IMG/VR virus record: IMGVR_UViG_3300034071_000719 | Coordinates: 1 to 64,000 of that record | Length of the DNA: 64,000 nucleotides | DNA from: a virus | Reading direction: 5' to 3' (one strand) | Part shown: piece by piece, positions 30,531-40,041 of the stretch | Layout of the letters: each line of letters opens with the position of its first letter | Numbering within the stretch: position 1 is the stretch's first letter | The notes under the pieces: generated by a model | The model's database searches: none | The model's input: only the letters and a program-made list of their open reading frames with translations | What the model was told of the DNA's origin: nothing | Made by a program: the position numbers and the translations under genes

Positions 30531-32942
30531 ATGACAATTAAAATAAGCCAGTTAACGGCGCTGACTAGCATGACAAATACTACGCTAATGGCAGTGGTAG
30601 ATACTGATGGACCGTATATTACTAAAAGAATAGATGGATCGGTATTACGAGATTTTTTTGCTAATGTAGCAACTACAGGAAACACTGCACAATTAACAGT
30701 TAATTCAAGTTTAGTTCCGATTACTGATTCAATGTATAATTTAGGAGCTGCTGGATCGGCATTTGGTGAGTTGTATACAAGTGGCACGTTTTATACAGAT
30801 GGTGCAATTAGAAATAATGCCGGAATTGTGTCAGTATCAACATCAACTGGTGCGCTTACTGTAGTTGGTGGGGTTGGTGTAACTGGCAATATTAATGCAG
30901 GTAATGTTACTGCTACTAATTTAACTGGACATATTGCAACTCCGGTCCAAGATCAAATTACATCACTTGGCACACTAACTGGATTAACATCTAGTGGTGC
31001 CGTATCTATTACAGCAACAACTGGTTCAGATTCATCAACAACTGGCGCTTTAATAGTAGCAGGCGGACTCGGCGTTAGCGGTAACGTACACATACCGAGC
31101 ACATATCAACTACACGTTGGATCAGATGTAGTTGCAGCATCATTTCCGCAATCAGTAGCACAGTTCAATAGTAGCGTTAATAACTATCAACAAGTTGTGA
31201 TGCAAAATATAAGCAGTGGCGCGACTGCTTCGTCAGATTATATTGCAGTAGCCGACACAGGCGATGATGCTAGCAAATACATCGATATGGGTATTAACTC
31301 AAGTGGGTATTCTAATCTAGATTACAGTATCGCTGGCGCACTTGATGGATATATGTATGTTAACGGTGGCAATTTAGCAATAGGTACACAAACTGTAGGA
31401 AAAAGTATTGTATTCCACACAGGTGGCACACAATTATCTAATCTTCGAGCTCGATTATCGTCAACTGGATTAACAGTTAATGCAACAACAGCAACAAGCT
31501 CAATAACAACTGGCGCACTAGTAGTAAACGGTGGAATTGGAGTTGCAGGCGATATGCGAGTAGGTGGAAACATTTATGCTGCTAACTTAATTACTACTAG
31601 TACTTCGACGTTATCTGTATCGGCTCCATTGGTATATATGGAAGCATCTACACCATACCCATATTCATATGATATAGGTATCTTTAGTGCATTCACTGGT
31701 GGCCCAGCCAACGTATATGCACATACCGGATTTGTACGTAACGACACCGACGGTGTATGGAATTTGTTTAGTAATGTTGCTGAACCAGCAGGCGGTCAAG
31801 TAAGTTTAACTAATGCAATTTATGATCCAATTAAGACTGGTGCTCACACAATCAATAGCGATGCAGTCACTAAACTAGTCAATGGCGGCACCAGTGGGGT
31901 TGGCAATATTGGATCGAGCAGCGGTATTTTTAATACAGTATTTGCTACTAAATTACAAGGTACATTAACTACTCCAGCACAAACAGCAATCACATCAGTT
32001 GGCACATTAGTAGGTGGAACATGGAATGCCGCTACTATTAGTGTAGCATACGGTGGAACAGGTACAACAACTAACACAGGGACAGGTTCAGTAGTATTAA
32101 GTAATTCGCCTACATTAGTGACACCAGCATTGGGTACACCAACAAGTGGTAATTTATCTAATTGTACGTTCCCAACATTAAATCAAAACACCAGCGGAAC
32201 AGCTGCAGGATTGTCTGCTACATTGGCAGTTGCATCTGGCGGCACAGGTACAACAACAAGCACCGGTACTGGTTCAGTAGTACTAAGTACCGGCCCAACT
32301 ATAGCTACTCCTACATTTACTGCACCGGCATTAGGAACTCCAACATCGGGTAACTTTGGGTCTGGTACATTTGTTTGGCCAACATTTAATCAAAGTACAA
32401 GTGGTAGTGCCGCGAGTTTATCGGGTGTTCCGTCGCTTACGCTAGCATCTGTGACTACACCAAGTATTACCCATTCGGGCGGAAATGGCGTGGGAGATAT
32501 TGGTGCTGCAGGTTCTACATTTGCTACAGTTTACGCAACAACATTCAGTGGTGTTTCAACTACTGCAAAATATGCCGATATAGCAGAAAATTATCAAGCA
32601 GATGCGGAATACGCACCGGGCACTGTTTTAGCATTTGGCGGACTGTTTGAAGTTACGCTAGCCACCGATAATACAGCTCGAGTCGCCGGTATAGTATCTA
32701 CTAACCCAGCACATTTGATGAATACAAATTTAATAGGGCACAATGTTGTTGCCCTTGCATTGACTGGTCGTGTACCGTGTCGAGTTACTGGTAGTATTAA
32801 GAAAGGCGACTTAATGGTTGCAGCGTCTGATGGATTTGCTAGAGCAACAACATCTCCGCAGTTCGGCGCAGTAATAGGCAAAGCGTTAGAAGACTTTGAA
32901 GGTACAGACGGAATAATTGAAGTTGTTGTTGGAAGGCTATAA
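30531..32942 (+). CDS. Tail fibre with a C-terminal intramolecular chaperone (peptidase G2-like) domain
   Basis: IKISQL N-terminus, TGAL.V.GG.GV.GN repeats, Thr/Gly-rich body, YADIAENY...GRVPCRV...KGD...IGKALE. Confidence 0.8.
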   Translation: MTIKISQLTALTSMTNTTLMAVVDTDGPYITKRIDGSVLRDFFANVATTGNTAQLTVNSSLVPITDSMYNLGAAGSAFGELYTSGTFYTDGAIRNNAGIVSVSTSTGALTVVGGVGVTGNINAGNVTATNLTGHIATPVQDQITSLGTLTGLTSSGAVSITATTGSDSSTTGALIVAGGLGVSGNVHIPSTYQLHVGSDVVAASFPQSVAQFNSSVNNYQQVVMQNISSGATASSDYIAVADTGDDASKYIDMGINSSGYSNLDYSIAGALDGYMYVNGGNLAIGTQTVGKSIVFHTGGTQLSNLRARLSSTGLTVNATTATSSITTGALVVNGGIGVAGDMRVGGNIYAANLITTSTSTLSVSAPLVYMEASTPYPYSYDIGIFSAFTGGPANVYAHTGFVRNDTDGVWNLFSNVAEPAGGQVSLTNAIYDPIKTGAHTINSDAVTKLVNGGTSGVGNIGSSSGIFNTVFATKLQGTLTTPAQTAITSVGTLVGGTWNAATISVAYGGTGTTTNTGTGSVVLSNSPTLVTPALGTPTSGNLSNCTFPTLNQNTSGTAAGLSATLAVASGGTGTTTSTGTGSVVLSTGPTIATPTFTAPALGTPTSGNFGSGTFVWPTFNQSTSGSAASLSGVPSLTLASVTTPSITHSGGNGVGDIGAAGSTFATVYATTFSGVSTTAKYADIAENYQADAEYAPGTVLAFGGLFEVTLATDNTARVAGIVSTNPAHLMNTNLIGHNVVALALTGRVPCRVTGSIKKGDLMVAASDGFARATTSPQFGAVIGKALEDFEGTDGIIEVVVGRL
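32052..32423 (+). repeat. Two-copy ~62-aa internal repeat in the tail fibre
   Basis: GGTGTTT(N/S)TGTGSVVLS..PT...PALGTPTSGN...PT.NQ.TSG.AA.LS occurs twice. Confidence 0.85.
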
Positions 32943-32973
32943 AATGTATTCGGCTGCGAGAATAAATAATAAT

Positions 32974-33120
32974 ATGGATGATAAAATGCAACAATCAGTA
33001 GATAATAGTAAGCCTCAAATTGAAAAACGCCCTGATGAGCGTGGCGGAATCGATGTGCAAAGTCACATTAAAATATTCGATCCCGAAACTAATGAAATAT
33101 TTGTACAGGAGCGAGCATAA
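32974..33120 (+). CDS. Small virion-associated hypothetical protein (48 aa)
   Basis: ATG lies 5 nt after ATAAATA (32962-32968); its C-terminus resembles the N-terminus of the next gene. Confidence 0.65.
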   Translation: MDDKMQQSVDNSKPQIEKRPDERGGIDVQSHIKIFDPETNEIFVQERA

Positions 33121-33731
33121 TGTTATCAACTGCAAATCTTAGTATTAGAGGATTTTTAAAGATATTTGATCCTGTTACAAATGAAGTATTTGTTGATAAA
33201 GACAATGCTATTCATTATGAAAATATGAGTGAAGCTCTTGCAACAAGTTTAAGTAACAAAGGATTAAGTTTTATCACAGAAATGCATTTTGGTAACGGCG
33301 GCACTACAGTTGACCCTACTGGTGTTATTACATACTTGCCAACAAATACAAATGTTCAAAATGCCGACTTGTATAGTCCGCAATATTATAAAATTGTTGA
33401 TAATACAAATGCTGCAAACGGTGACCCATTAAGAAATAATATTGTTGTTTCTCATGTGGCAACTAAAATCTATACTGACATTATTGTAAGCTGTCTATTA
33501 GACTACGGTGAGCCAAACGGGCAAGCAGTGTTTGATAACAGTCAAGATTTAAATGGACAATTCGTTTTTGACGAATTGGGTTTAAAAGGATTTAGTTCAT
33601 CAGGCGAAGGACTTGGCAAACTATTAACACATGTGATTTTTAGTCCAGTGCAAAAATCGCTAAACAGATTAATTCAAATTGATTATACAGTGCGTATTCA
33701 AACTTTAACTAATTTAAGCACTACAGCATAA
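33120..33731 (+). CDS. Virion structural protein (baseplate/fibre attachment)
   Basis: FGNGG, LDYGEP, FDELGL, LLTHVIF.PVQKS.NR motifs; structural gene context. Confidence 0.6.
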   Translation: MLSTANLSIRGFLKIFDPVTNEVFVDKDNAIHYENMSEALATSLSNKGLSFITEMHFGNGGTTVDPTGVITYLPTNTNVQNADLYSPQYYKIVDNTNAANGDPLRNNIVVSHVATKIYTDIIVSCLLDYGEPNGQAVFDNSQDLNGQFVFDELGLKGFSSSGEGLGKLLTHVIFSPVQKSLNRLIQIDYTVRIQTLTNLSTTA

Positions 33732-33744
33732 CTAGGATAATAAA

Positions 33745-35106
33745 ATGTCGTATACAATAACAACAACAAACGGAACAACACTTGGTACTATTTTAGATGG
33801 TACAGTGGACACGGCACATACTAGTTTAACATTAGTTGGGCGTAACTACAGTAACTACGGTCAGATAATGACTGATAACTTAGTGGCATTAATTGAAAAT
33901 TTTGCATATGGCATAGCACCAAGCAACCCACTTCCTGGACAATTGTGGTGGGATACTACAAATAATTTATTAAAAGTATTTGCAGGCAGTGCCTTTAAAG
34001 TTGTCGGTAGTGCAGTTGCAACATCTATCCCTCCAACAACAACATTAGCTGGCGATTTATGGTGGGATACAACAAATGAACAGTTTTATGTATACAATGG
34101 TACCTCTCCTTATGCAAGTAGTGGATGGATTTTAGTAGGCCCGAGCTGGGACAAAATTAACGGTAAATCCGGTGCGTTACGAGAAACAATTACAGATATT
34201 TCTGCATCCGTGCATGCTGTTATTGTGATATATTTAGACGGAACACGAACTGCAATTATTAGTCAAGATGGAGAATTTACTCCTGCAACTTCAGTCGACG
34301 GATTTACTACTATTAAAACAGGTTACAATATACATAGTGGTGAAACATTCTGGGGAACAGCAAATAATGCTAGTTATTTAGGCGGTGTTGTTGCAACTAA
34401 TTATTTACGTACAGATATTAATAATAGTAGTACAGGGAATTTACGTATTGTAAATGATAGCGGAGTAACAATCGGTGCTGGACTAGATTTAACCTTAGCA
34501 GTTACCGGAATTCATGCATCTATCACAAATAATTCTACAAATGGTGATATTAGTTTAATAACAAATGGAACACCGTACCTAACCATTACTGGAACAACTG
34601 GTGTGATTGAAGTTGCGGCAGATCCAACTACAACATTAGGAGTTGCAACAAAAAATTATGTCGATGACAGCTTTGCTAATTCTCCATATCTAGGAGGAGT
34701 GCCAACAGCTCCAACAGCCATTGTTGGCACAGTGTCGGACCAAATTGCTACAACCGGGTTTGTAGTTAATAATTCCGGATTCCTAAAGAATAAAATTTAT
34801 CAAGGTAATAGCCAGTTAGAAATAGTTGATGCTGGAACAGCATCAGCAGACTTGGCACTTGACGGTATCAGTGTATTGAATGCGTCGGCAACCGGTGTGA
34901 ATTTAACCCGTACTCCTACAGCACCAACACAACCACAAACATATACAAGCACAGGTAATCTTGCAATTGCAACTACTAGTTACGTACATACAGCAGGACA
35001 ATGGTGGGGCGGTAGTGCTAAGTTTGTTAGCTTAGATGCACCAAATCCGGGCGTTAATGACATTGGGTCAAACGATGGCGATATCTGGTTTCAGTACACA
35101 ACATAA
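33745..35106 (+). CDS. Short tail fibre/baseplate-attached fibre protein
   Basis: SLTLVGRNY..YG...ENFA, two GQ/DLWWD repeats, ATKNYVD, PTAPT, C-terminal GDIWFQY. Confidence 0.7.
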   Translation: MSYTITTTNGTTLGTILDGTVDTAHTSLTLVGRNYSNYGQIMTDNLVALIENFAYGIAPSNPLPGQLWWDTTNNLLKVFAGSAFKVVGSAVATSIPPTTTLAGDLWWDTTNEQFYVYNGTSPYASSGWILVGPSWDKINGKSGALRETITDISASVHAVIVIYLDGTRTAIISQDGEFTPATSVDGFTTIKTGYNIHSGETFWGTANNASYLGGVVATNYLRTDINNSSTGNLRIVNDSGVTIGAGLDLTLAVTGIHASITNNSTNGDISLITNGTPYLTITGTTGVIEVAADPTTTLGVATKNYVDDSFANSPYLGGVPTAPTAIVGTVSDQIATTGFVVNNSGFLKNKIYQGNSQLEIVDAGTASADLALDGISVLNASATGVNLTRTPTAPTQPQTYTSTGNLAIATTSYVHTAGQWWGGSAKFVSLDAPNPGVNDIGSNDGDIWFQYTT

Positions 35107-35117
35107 TGTAGTTTTAG

Positions 35118-35124
35118 ATAAATA
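35118..35124 (+). promoter_or_regulatory. Late promoter motif ATAAATA
   Basis: Intergenic motif followed by ATAAT and an AGGT RBS. Confidence 0.55.
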
Positions 35125-35146
35125 ATTATAATAATAGGTAAACATA

Positions 35147-36769
35147 ATGGCATATAACGTTATAACAACAGCGGGTTCTACGATTGCATCAGTTATTGAT
35201 GGAACAGTTAACACCTCTGCAACCAGTTTAACTTTGATTGGTAAAAACTATGCTGGGTACGGCATTTTCTTGAATGAAAATTATGTTAAATTATTAGAAA
35301 ATTTTGCGTATGATAGCGCACCCGCTGCACCATTAACTGGCCAAATTTGGTATGATAGTAGTGCAACACTTTTAAAATTTTATACAGGTGACGTATGGAA
35401 ACCAATCCATACGTCAATGGCATCAAGTACTTCTCCTAACGGAGCAATTGCAGGTGACTTATGGTGGAACACAGCTTCTGCCCAACTTTTTGTATTCAGT
35501 GGCAGTACATGGGTATTAATTGGCCCGCTAACTTCTACAGGTACGGGTACATCGGGCCCTGCAGTTGAAACTATATTAGATAACATCAGTGGCAGTCATG
35601 TTATTGTTAGATTTTATGTATCTAATGCTACAGTAATGATTATTACTAAAGATCCGGTATTTACTCCACAAACTGCTATTGCTGGTTTTGCAACTCTTAA
35701 ACCAGGAATGAATTTATCAACAACCATCACCGATGCACAATTAACAGGCAATGCATCAAATGCATTGGCATTATCGGGACTTACATCATCGCAATTTTTA
35801 CGTAGCGATCAGAATACAACAACAAGCTCAACTTTTGGTGTACTTAATAATACTGGATTAACAATCGGTGGTAGCAACAATTTTAATATTGGTGTTGTTG
35901 GCGGCGCAGTTAAATTATATAACCAAGTTAATAACAGTGATATTAATTTACATGTTAACATGGGCGGTTCGGATTTTCGAGCACTTAATGTTAGTGGTAC
36001 TACTCGTGCTGTTACTGTAGATACTAACTTAGCTGTTTCTGGTTATCAAGCTGTTACTGGTAATTTAAATGTTACTGGGTGGACTAATTTAACTAGTGCC
36101 AGAATATCTACTACAATTATTCCAAGTACAACTAATACAATCGATATTGGTACAAGTAGTTTAAAATTTAATAATGTATATGCTGACAATTTTGTTGGTA
36201 ATGTAACAACAACAGCACCGGCATCATTGCCGAGTATTGTAAAATCAGGCGCAGATACTGTTGGTAACATTGGGTCTGCTGCTAATAGATTTGGTACTGT
36301 ATTTGCAGTTAATTTTATTGGAACTGAATTTGCAGGTCATTTTACTGGAAACGTTACTGGTACAGCAATGACAGCTAACTATGCCGATTTGGCCGAACGC
36401 TTCGAGGCAGATATTCCACTTATGCCAGGTACAGTTGTTGAACTAGGCGGCCTTAAAGAAATTACAATGGCAGTTCAGGAATTAAGTGAAGCAGTATTTG
36501 GCGTGATAAGTACATTGCCTGGATTCTTATTAAATGGATCTGCAGGTAGTAACGCAACACATCCGCCTGTAGCAGTTAATGGGCGTGTGCCAGTAAGAGT
36601 AATTGGATTAGTTACAAAAGGTGATCGATTAGTAAGTGCAGGGAATGGATTAGCTCGTGCCGCTTTACGCAGTGAGATAACCGCATTTAATGTACTTGGC
36701 CGTGCGTTAGGAAACAAAACTACCGAAGGCGAAGGCACGGTAGAAGCAATAGTTAAATTAAATAATTAA
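35147..36769 (+). CDS. Tail fibre paralogue with a C-terminal intramolecular chaperone domain
   Basis: N-terminal ~270 aa similar to 33745..35106; C-terminal YADLAERF...GRVPVRV...KGD similar to 30531..32942. Confidence 0.78.
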   Translation: MAYNVITTAGSTIASVIDGTVNTSATSLTLIGKNYAGYGIFLNENYVKLLENFAYDSAPAAPLTGQIWYDSSATLLKFYTGDVWKPIHTSMASSTSPNGAIAGDLWWNTASAQLFVFSGSTWVLIGPLTSTGTGTSGPAVETILDNISGSHVIVRFYVSNATVMIITKDPVFTPQTAIAGFATLKPGMNLSTTITDAQLTGNASNALALSGLTSSQFLRSDQNTTTSSTFGVLNNTGLTIGGSNNFNIGVVGGAVKLYNQVNNSDINLHVNMGGSDFRALNVSGTTRAVTVDTNLAVSGYQAVTGNLNVTGWTNLTSARISTTIIPSTTNTIDIGTSSLKFNNVYADNFVGNVTTTAPASLPSIVKSGADTVGNIGSAANRFGTVFAVNFIGTEFAGHFTGNVTGTAMTANYADLAERFEADIPLMPGTVVELGGLKEITMAVQELSEAVFGVISTLPGFLLNGSAGSNATHPPVAVNGRVPVRVIGLVTKGDRLVSAGNGLARAALRSEITAFNVLGRALGNKTTEGEGTVEAIVKLNN

Positions 36770-36781
36770 GGAAAAACAGAA

Positions 36782-37720
36782 ATGGCATACGCAGCAGGCG
36801 ATCTAATATTACACGATCATTATAATACCTTTGCAACAGGTAACGCAGACGGTTCAGCAAACAACGCAGTGGCAAACATTAATACTGTATGGGGTACAGG
36901 TACAGGTGCAATTGGTTATGGACAAACAGCTACTACAATAACAGGTGTAACAGCTGGTGCAGTTATTACTGCGACACAATGGTCTACATTAATTGGTAGA
37001 TTAAATAGTATTCTAACACACCAAGCTGGTGCTGGATCAGGTATTACATTACCAACAGCAGGTGCAACAGTTGCATATATTGCCTCATTGCAAACTGGTG
37101 TTACTAATGCATTTAATAATAAAGCAAACTATGCAACACAAGGTGCTACAACTACTGGTGCAAACTTTGATGCAACTGTATCTAGTACAACTGGTTTAAG
37201 TAGTTATACTGTGGACCGTGTAGTAACATTTGCTAGCGCCAATGCCGCACGTTATTTTTTTAATGCGGGCGGACAATTAAATTTAAGATTAAGTACAGTT
37301 AACTCAGCAGATAGCGGATCAGAAAACAGTTTTGCTAGACTAGTAACTGGTTTAGGCGGAGTTGCTTTTAAAAATACAGCAAATGGCGGACGCACAGGTA
37401 CTGGTCTTACATTAAACACAAACAATACAGCACTTGGTTATAGAACTAACGTACTTAACACACCGGCTACTATAGTGCAAGTTACTGATACCACAGCAAG
37501 TTACACAGCAAGCACTGGGTATTTACAAGTGTATACAAGCAGTAGTGACACTACTAACGGCTCAAACGGATTAAACGTAGTTTTCCGTACTGTTTATTCT
37601 ATTACTGATAAAACATGGAATGATACATTAAGTCTTACTTACAGAATGGCAGTTGATATTGTATATCCAGAAACTTCAAACTTACCAGCAAGTCCGTGGG
37701 GCACGCCAACTGTTTCATAA
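36782..37720 (+). CDS. Virion structural/fibre-associated protein
   Basis: Thr/Gly/Ala/Asn-rich; GYGQ, ITATQW, ARYFFNAGG motifs; last gene of the structural operon. Confidence 0.6.
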   Translation: MAYAAGDLILHDHYNTFATGNADGSANNAVANINTVWGTGTGAIGYGQTATTITGVTAGAVITATQWSTLIGRLNSILTHQAGAGSGITLPTAGATVAYIASLQTGVTNAFNNKANYATQGATTTGANFDATVSSTTGLSSYTVDRVVTFASANAARYFFNAGGQLNLRLSTVNSADSGSENSFARLVTGLGGVAFKNTANGGRTGTGLTLNTNNTALGYRTNVLNTPATIVQVTDTTASYTASTGYLQVYTSSSDTTNGSNGLNVVFRTVYSITDKTWNDTLSLTYRMAVDIVYPETSNLPASPWGTPTVS

Positions 37721-37723
37721 TAG

Positions 37724-37752
37724 TTGACAAACTGATATAAATGTAGTAAACT
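37724..37752 (+). promoter_or_regulatory. Near-consensus sigma70 promoter heading the modification cluster
   Basis: TTGACA-17 nt-TAAACT. Confidence 0.7.
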
Positions 37753-37783
37753 ATAGGTAAGTTATTTACACTTACCTATTTTT
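37753..37783 (+). terminator. Intrinsic terminator of the structural operon
   Basis: Perfect 10-bp inverted repeat ATAGGTAAGT/ACTTACCTAT with a 7-nt loop, followed by a T run. Confidence 0.7.
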
Positions 37784-37799
37784 ATGGCTAATTACTATT

Positions 37800-38117
37800 A
37801 TGACAACAGAAATCAATCAACTAGTTGCCCGAATTAAGCAAGCAACAGATTATCAAACAAACAAACGCATACTTAGAGAAAAAATACAAAGTGATTTGCA
37901 TTTTACACTTAGTGGTGGGCTATTCAAGGCCACTCCTGAACTAATAGCATTTCTAAACTTATATGACTTGTACGAAATGGTTATAGAAGATACCTATCAA
38001 AATCCAATTAAAGTTAATAGAATAGCAATGTTAGAGTTAGCTAAACAGCATTATCAAATGGCTATGAACGCATGGCATATACAACACGAAGAACTTAAAC
38101 GTGCAAGAAAAGTCTAA
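37800..38117 (+). CDS. Hypothetical protein
   Basis: 105-aa ORF overlapping the next gene; no recognised motif. Confidence 0.7.
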   Translation: MTTEINQLVARIKQATDYQTNKRILREKIQSDLHFTLSGGLFKATPELIAFLNLYDLYEMVIEDTYQNPIKVNRIAMLELAKQHYQMAMNAWHIQHEELKRARKV

Positions 38118-38862
38118 AGGTGTAATACTATTTGCAGTTAACACAGACACCGTCGATTACGTTAAAATCGCGGAGCAGGCCGCACGACTAATAAAACACA
38201 CATTAAATCTACCAACTACTATTATAACAGATACTGGTGTTGAATCAATTGGTAATATTCGTACTGGTCATGCAAGTGGAACACAATGGAAAAATGGTGG
38301 TAGATATCGTGCATATGAACTTAGCCCGTATGATGAAACTATATTGCTTGATAGTGATTATTTACAGTTAGATACTAGTCTAATAGATATACTCGATACA
38401 ACAGTTGATTACAAGCTAATGCATCACAATCAAAGCCCTACAATGTCAATGTCGGGCAACATGGGTCAACTAAGTTTAGATTATGTATGGGCAACTGCTA
38501 TAACATTTAAACGTACCAATAAAACAAAAGCATTGTTTGAATTAGTGGGCAGAATTGAACGCAACTATGCCTACTATCGCAAACTATATCACATTAGAGA
38601 ACGCAACTTCCGCAATGATTACGCATTTGCAATTGCAAACAATATTATTAGCGGTTACACTACTGACCTTGCACAAAGTATCCCTTTTACTATGTTAACC
38701 ATTGATAAACTAGTCAAAAACATTGAAATAACAGGCGAAAAGATGATTATACGTGAAGAAAATATAGCGCATGTCATTGCCAAGCAAAACGTACACATAA
38801 TGGATAAAGATTACTTATTAAGTGCAGACTTTGACAAATTGGTGGATACAATATGCGCATAA
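38101..38862 (+). CDS. GT-A fold glycosyltransferase-like protein
   Basis: YELSPYDETILLDSDY (DxD) and FRNDYAFAIA motifs. Confidence 0.7.
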   Translation: MQEKSKGVILFAVNTDTVDYVKIAEQAARLIKHTLNLPTTIITDTGVESIGNIRTGHASGTQWKNGGRYRAYELSPYDETILLDSDYLQLDTSLIDILDTTVDYKLMHHNQSPTMSMSGNMGQLSLDYVWATAITFKRTNKTKALFELVGRIERNYAYYRKLYHIRERNFRNDYAFAIANNIISGYTTDLAQSIPFTMLTIDKLVKNIEITGEKMIIREENIAHVIAKQNVHIMDKDYLLSADFDKLVDTICA

Positions 38863-39707
38863 CACCACATCAAGCACAGCAAGGCTTTATGACCATTGCA
38901 CAAAACACAGCAGACGTTGATTATTTACGTCTCGCTTACGTACAAGCAATGAGCATTAAACTAACAATGCCCGGTAGCTTGTATGCAGTAGCAGTTGATA
39001 AAAATACATTAGAGCAAGTAACAGAACAACATCGTAAAGTGTTTGATTATGTAATTACAATTGAAAATGACTTAGCGCAAGACGAAACTTGGAAGTTAAG
39101 TAACGAGTGGCAAGCATTTTATCTCACACCATTCAAAGAAACAATTAAACTTGAAAGCGATATTGTGTTTACAAGAAGCATTGCACACTGGTGGACTGCT
39201 TTTAGATTAAAAAATGTTGTACTAAGCACAGGCTGTAGAGATTATAAGCAAGAGTTAAGTAACTCACGTGAATATAGAAAGTTGTTTGATGATAACGAAT
39301 TACCCGATACCTACAATGGACTAATGTATTTTAGGTACACAAGAGAAGCAACACAGTTCTTTACACTAGCAGAACAAATATTTAAAAACTGGGCGTATCT
39401 ACGTGATAATGTATTACTTAACTGTCGCGACGATAACCCAACTACTGATGTTGTTTATGCGTTAACTGCAAAGTTAATTGGCGTAGAAGATTGTACATTG
39501 TCGATGGACTTTATTAACTTTGTGCATATGAAACCTGCTATTAACAAGTGGACAAGTACGCCGTGGCCCGAATTAGTAATGTGCGAAACAGATTTGCCAA
39601 TGGTACGTATAGCAAATACAAATCAATATCATCCGATTCACTATCACGAAAAGAGTTGGGTAACTGATGCATTAGTTAAGGAGTACGAAGATGAATTCAG
39701 AAGATGA
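38853..39707 (+). CDS. GT-A fold glycosyltransferase-like protein, paralogue of the upstream gene
   Basis: LTPFKETIKLESD (ExD), YNGLMYF, TDVVYAL, FVHMKP, IHYH.K. Confidence 0.68.
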   Translation: MRITPHQAQQGFMTIAQNTADVDYLRLAYVQAMSIKLTMPGSLYAVAVDKNTLEQVTEQHRKVFDYVITIENDLAQDETWKLSNEWQAFYLTPFKETIKLESDIVFTRSIAHWWTAFRLKNVVLSTGCRDYKQELSNSREYRKLFDDNELPDTYNGLMYFRYTREATQFFTLAEQIFKNWAYLRDNVLLNCRDDNPTTDVVYALTAKLIGVEDCTLSMDFINFVHMKPAINKWTSTPWPELVMCETDLPMVRIANTNQYHPIHYHEKSWVTDALVKEYEDEFRR

Positions 39708-40041
39708 ATTAGCTAAAGCATTTGCAATGATACAACCTATCATAGAAGAAGTTAAAGAATACAGAATACACTATGAAGAAGATGGGCACATTACAATGTG
39801 TACAATGATAAATCACCCAGATGATACAACATATATCGTTGTTAGCAAAGATGAATACGACAACTACTTCCGCTATACAATTGTAGATGGTAAGCTGAAA
39901 AAGATTGACAACAACCCCGGTATTCGTGTACAATTAGTAAGTAGCTCCGAGGGTTATGCTGTAGTAAAGAAACATGCTGGATTAATATTAGAACCAACCG
40001 ATACTTACAATGAGATTGAATACTATGACACAAATCGTTGA
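39691..40041 (+). CDS. Hypothetical protein
   Basis: 116-aa acidic ORF with an AAGGAG RBS, overlapping both neighbours. Confidence 0.7.
   Translation: MNSEDELAKAFAMIQPIIEEVKEYRIHYEEDGHITMCTMINHPDDTTYIVVSKDEYDNYFRYTIVDGKLKKIDNNPGIRVQLVSSSEGYAVVKKHAGLILEPTDTYNEIEYYDTNR

Noticed and set aside
32917-32973. Upstream start (TTG at 32917) for the small ORF
   Set aside because: It overlaps the fibre gene; the ATG at 32974, just after the late-promoter motif, is more plausible.
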